This document shows positions 61,517-64,000 of a stretch of DNA of 64,000 bases, one piece after another. The translations under genes were made by a program, and so were the position numbers. The notes under the pieces are model-generated. The model made no database searches. It was not told the DNA's origin and worked only from the letters and a program-made list of their open reading frames with translations. The first letter of the stretch is position 1. Every line of letters starts with the position of its first letter. This DNA comes from an uncultured Veillonellaceae bacterium (GTDB lineage Bacteria > Bacillota > Negativicutes > JARBTT01): contig CAWDTA010000003.1 of NCBI GenBank assembly GCA_963805085.1, positions 32,001-96,000 on the forward strand. Direction: 5' to 3'.

Positions 61517-63178
61517 TTGTTACAAAAAAATAAATTACTTGTGATTCCTTTAGGTGGACTAGGGGAGATCGGTAAAAATATGACGGTATTCCAATATGGT
61601 GATGATATTGTCATTCTTGATGCGGGATTAGCCTTTCCCGAAGATGATATGTTTGGAATCGATTTAGTTATTCCTGATATGTCGTATTTGCTAGATAATC
61701 GCGATAAAATACGTGCTGTTGTCTTAACACATGGTCATGAGGATCATATTGGAGCGCTGTCATATTTATTAAGAGAAATCAATGTTCCTGTATATGGAAC
61801 AAAACTTACGTTGGCGTTGGTTGAATGCCGATTGAGGGAAAATAATGTTGCCGATACGGAGTTAATCCCTGTAGAAGCTGGTGATGAAATCAATGCGGGA
61901 ATTTTTAATATAGGTTTTATTCAAGGAAGTCATTCTATCCCAGATGCTTGTGGAATTTACTTTCAGACACCGATAGGCACGATTGTCCATACGGGCGATT
62001 TTAAAATAGATCAAACTCCTGTTGATGGGAAGCATTTAGATATTCATAAATTTGCTGAATTGGGAGACAAGGGTGTCTTACTGATGATGTCTGATAGCAC
62101 GAATGCGGAACGTCCAGGCTATACTGGCTCAGAAAAAGATGTTGCGTTAGCAATTGAGGAAGAAATTAAAAATGCTAAAGGTAGAATTATTATGGCGACA
62201 TTTTCTTCCAATGTTTCTAGGATTCAAGAGGCAATATATTCTGGGTGTAGGTTAGGTCGTAAAATTGCAGTATTTGGGAGAAGTATGGCCAATGTAATAG
62301 GAATAGCCACAGAATTGGGTTATTTGCAAATTGCTGAAGGGTCTATTATTGATACCGAGGAAATTAAAAATTATAGAGATGATCAACTCTTAATTTTAAC
62401 TACGGGTAGCCAAGGCGAAACTATGGCTGGCCTAAGCAGAATGGCAAATAATACACATAGAAATGTTTCAGTGAAACCAAGTGACACAATTTTAATTGCC
62501 GCCAATCCTATTCCAGGTAATGAGAAGTCCGTATCTAAAACGATTAATAATCTTTTGCTGTTAGGTGCTGATGTAATCTATGAAAAAATTTCGGGCATCC
62601 ATGTTTCAGGACATGCCAGCCAAGAAGAATTAAAATTAATGTTAAATTTAATTCGGCCGAAATTCTTTATTCCAGTGCATGGGGAGTTCCGTATGCTTAG
62701 TCAACATGCAAAAATGGCAGAAGAGTTGGGGATTGCTAAAGACCACATCTTTATTGGTGAGAATGGTAATGTATTTGAGTTTTCTTCAGATAGTGGAGCT
62801 TTGACTAGAAAAGTTAAAGCTGGCAGAGTATACGTAGATGGTCTAGGTGTTGGGGATGTCGGCAATATCGTTATTAGAGATCGTAAACAATTATCTCAAG
62901 AAGGTGTTGTTATTGTTGTTCTTACCGTGGATAAAGAAAGTGGTGTCATCATATCTGGCCCAGATATTGTATCGCGTGGCTTTGTTTATGTGAGAGATGC
63001 CGAGCAATTGATGTATGAATCAAGAACAAAAGTTAATTTGGCATTAGAAAAAATCACACAAAAGAATATGCGTGATTGGTCAGGGATAAAGTCAGTAATT
63101 AGAGAAGCTTTGGGAACGTATTTATATGAAAAAACTGGACGAAAACCAATGATACTTCCTATTGTTACTGAAGTATAA
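61517..63178 (+). CDS. rnj: Ribonuclease J
   Basis: PLGGLGEIGKN, THGHEDH, HTGDFK, HVSGH, PVHGE; likely TTG start after GGAGG. Confidence 0.95.
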   Translation: MLQKNKLLVIPLGGLGEIGKNMTVFQYGDDIVILDAGLAFPEDDMFGIDLVIPDMSYLLDNRDKIRAVVLTHGHEDHIGALSYLLREINVPVYGTKLTLALVECRLRENNVADTELIPVEAGDEINAGIFNIGFIQGSHSIPDACGIYFQTPIGTIVHTGDFKIDQTPVDGKHLDIHKFAELGDKGVLLMMSDSTNAERPGYTGSEKDVALAIEEEIKNAKGRIIMATFSSNVSRIQEAIYSGCRLGRKIAVFGRSMANVIGIATELGYLQIAEGSIIDTEEIKNYRDDQLLILTTGSQGETMAGLSRMANNTHRNVSVKPSDTILIAANPIPGNEKSVSKTINNLLLLGADVIYEKISGIHVSGHASQEELKLMLNLIRPKFFIPVHGEFRMLSQHAKMAEELGIAKDHIFIGENGNVFEFSSDSGALTRKVKAGRVYVDGLGVGDVGNIVIRDRKQLSQEGVVIVVLTVDKESGVIISGPDIVSRGFVYVRDAEQLMYESRTKVNLALEKITQKNMRDWSGIKSVIREALGTYLYEKTGRKPMILPIVTEV

Positions 63179-63390
63179 ATCTACATTAAGTACATGCATT
63201 GAATAGAATAAATGATAAGAATAAGCGATCGTTATGGATGGATAGTTAGCAAACTAAACATAACGATCGCTTCTTTTTATCGTAAATATTGGATAAATAT
63301 AACAAGGAAGAATACTTAAGGAAATTTATGCATAGTTATGAATTAGGTAAATTACAAATGAATATGAATATGAATATGGGAGGGAAAAGT

Positions 63391-63690
63391 ATGAGTTTTT
63401 TCAACTGCTTAGCCAATAGTATAGGATCGATAACAATACTAACAGATGATGGTTTTGTATTTCAGGGACAAATCATAAGGAATCGTGATGAGGAACGTCA
63501 CATTGAAGAGGATTTTATTTTTTTAGAATTGACTTGTGATGCTTCAATGGTCACTGAGGATGCTGAATTTAGAACTATACATCCACCACTTTATCGGGAT
63601 GGTGATATCGTTAGAATTAATATATGCAATATCATCGCAGTTGGTCCTAGTAATGGCTGCCCAATGAAGCATAGCAAATGCGAGTGTTGA
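63391..63690 (+). CDS. Small hypothetical protein, Cys-containing, possibly spore-coat-like
   Basis: ATG 63391 after GGAGG; 99 aa; followed by a terminator at 63739-63770. Confidence 0.6.
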   Translation: MSFFNCLANSIGSITILTDDGFVFQGQIIRNRDEERHIEEDFIFLELTCDASMVTEDAEFRTIHPPLYRDGDIVRINICNIIAVGPSNGCPMKHSKCEC

Positions 63691-63893
63691 CTTTAGGTAA
63701 CATAGAAACTATGTATTAGAGAAATTATGATATTTTTTAAGCGGACACCTTGGTTACAGGGTGTCCGCTTCTCGTTGTAAGGTTGATTTTTATTGGGATG
63801 TCTGGATCAATCATGCGAATTTACCTTCTGATTTTAGCAGTTGGTATAGCGTGTATATGCGGGCGCAAACCAATTGTACCTAAATACTCGTCA

Positions 63894-64000
63894 TTAAACG
63901 CCGATTAAGGCTAAGATAATACCACCAGAGATTGCTGTTCCAAACACACCAGCTAGGTTTGGTCCCATTGCATGCATGATTAAAAAATTGTAGCGGTTTT
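63894..64000 (-). CDS. Na+-translocating decarboxylase beta subunit, 3' end only
   Basis: NFLIMHAMGPNLAGVFGTAISGG matches the OadB/MmdB/GcdB C-terminus. Confidence 0.85.
   Translation of the reverse strand, partial: NRYNFLIMHAMGPNLAGVFGTAISGGIILALIGV

Overview
Low-GC bacterial chromosomal window. Gene content (dCache MCPs, sigma-54 activators, a CodY box, anaerobic glpABC, a spore-type GH18, a haemagglutinin-repeat remnant) suggests a motile anaerobic Firmicute, probably a Negativicute; this is inference. From left to right it contains: a GH18 gene broken by an amber codon; an accessory block (576-aa PPC-like protein, three mosaic tandem paralogs of unknown function, TcdR/BotR/UviA-like sigma factor); yidC, TSUP/Lrp and MerR/amidohydrolase genes; a glycerol-3-phosphate locus (glpT, DUF89 phosphatase, MCP, PhnD-like sensor + histidine kinase + response regulator, glpABC) interrupted by an IS110 element; a sigma-54 iadA operon; a helical-repeat S/T-rich protein; a ugp-like ABC operon; lepB; arginase with a (TAGA)18 tract in its leader; a Tat-exported HD hydrolase; a TyrR-like/sigma-54 ald-permease unit; a near-identical second permease copy; galM, ogt, rnj and others. 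The strongest unexplained signal is the IS110 element. Its ends can be resolved by eye (CT core; the circle junction forms TTGACA-17-TATAAT), it sits inside the Shine-Dalgarno of the MCP gene, and its non-coding end carries an anti-SD-like guide (UCCUCCUU). This suggests a bridge-RNA recombinase programmed against ribosome-binding sites. All calls were made by eye; no searches were run.
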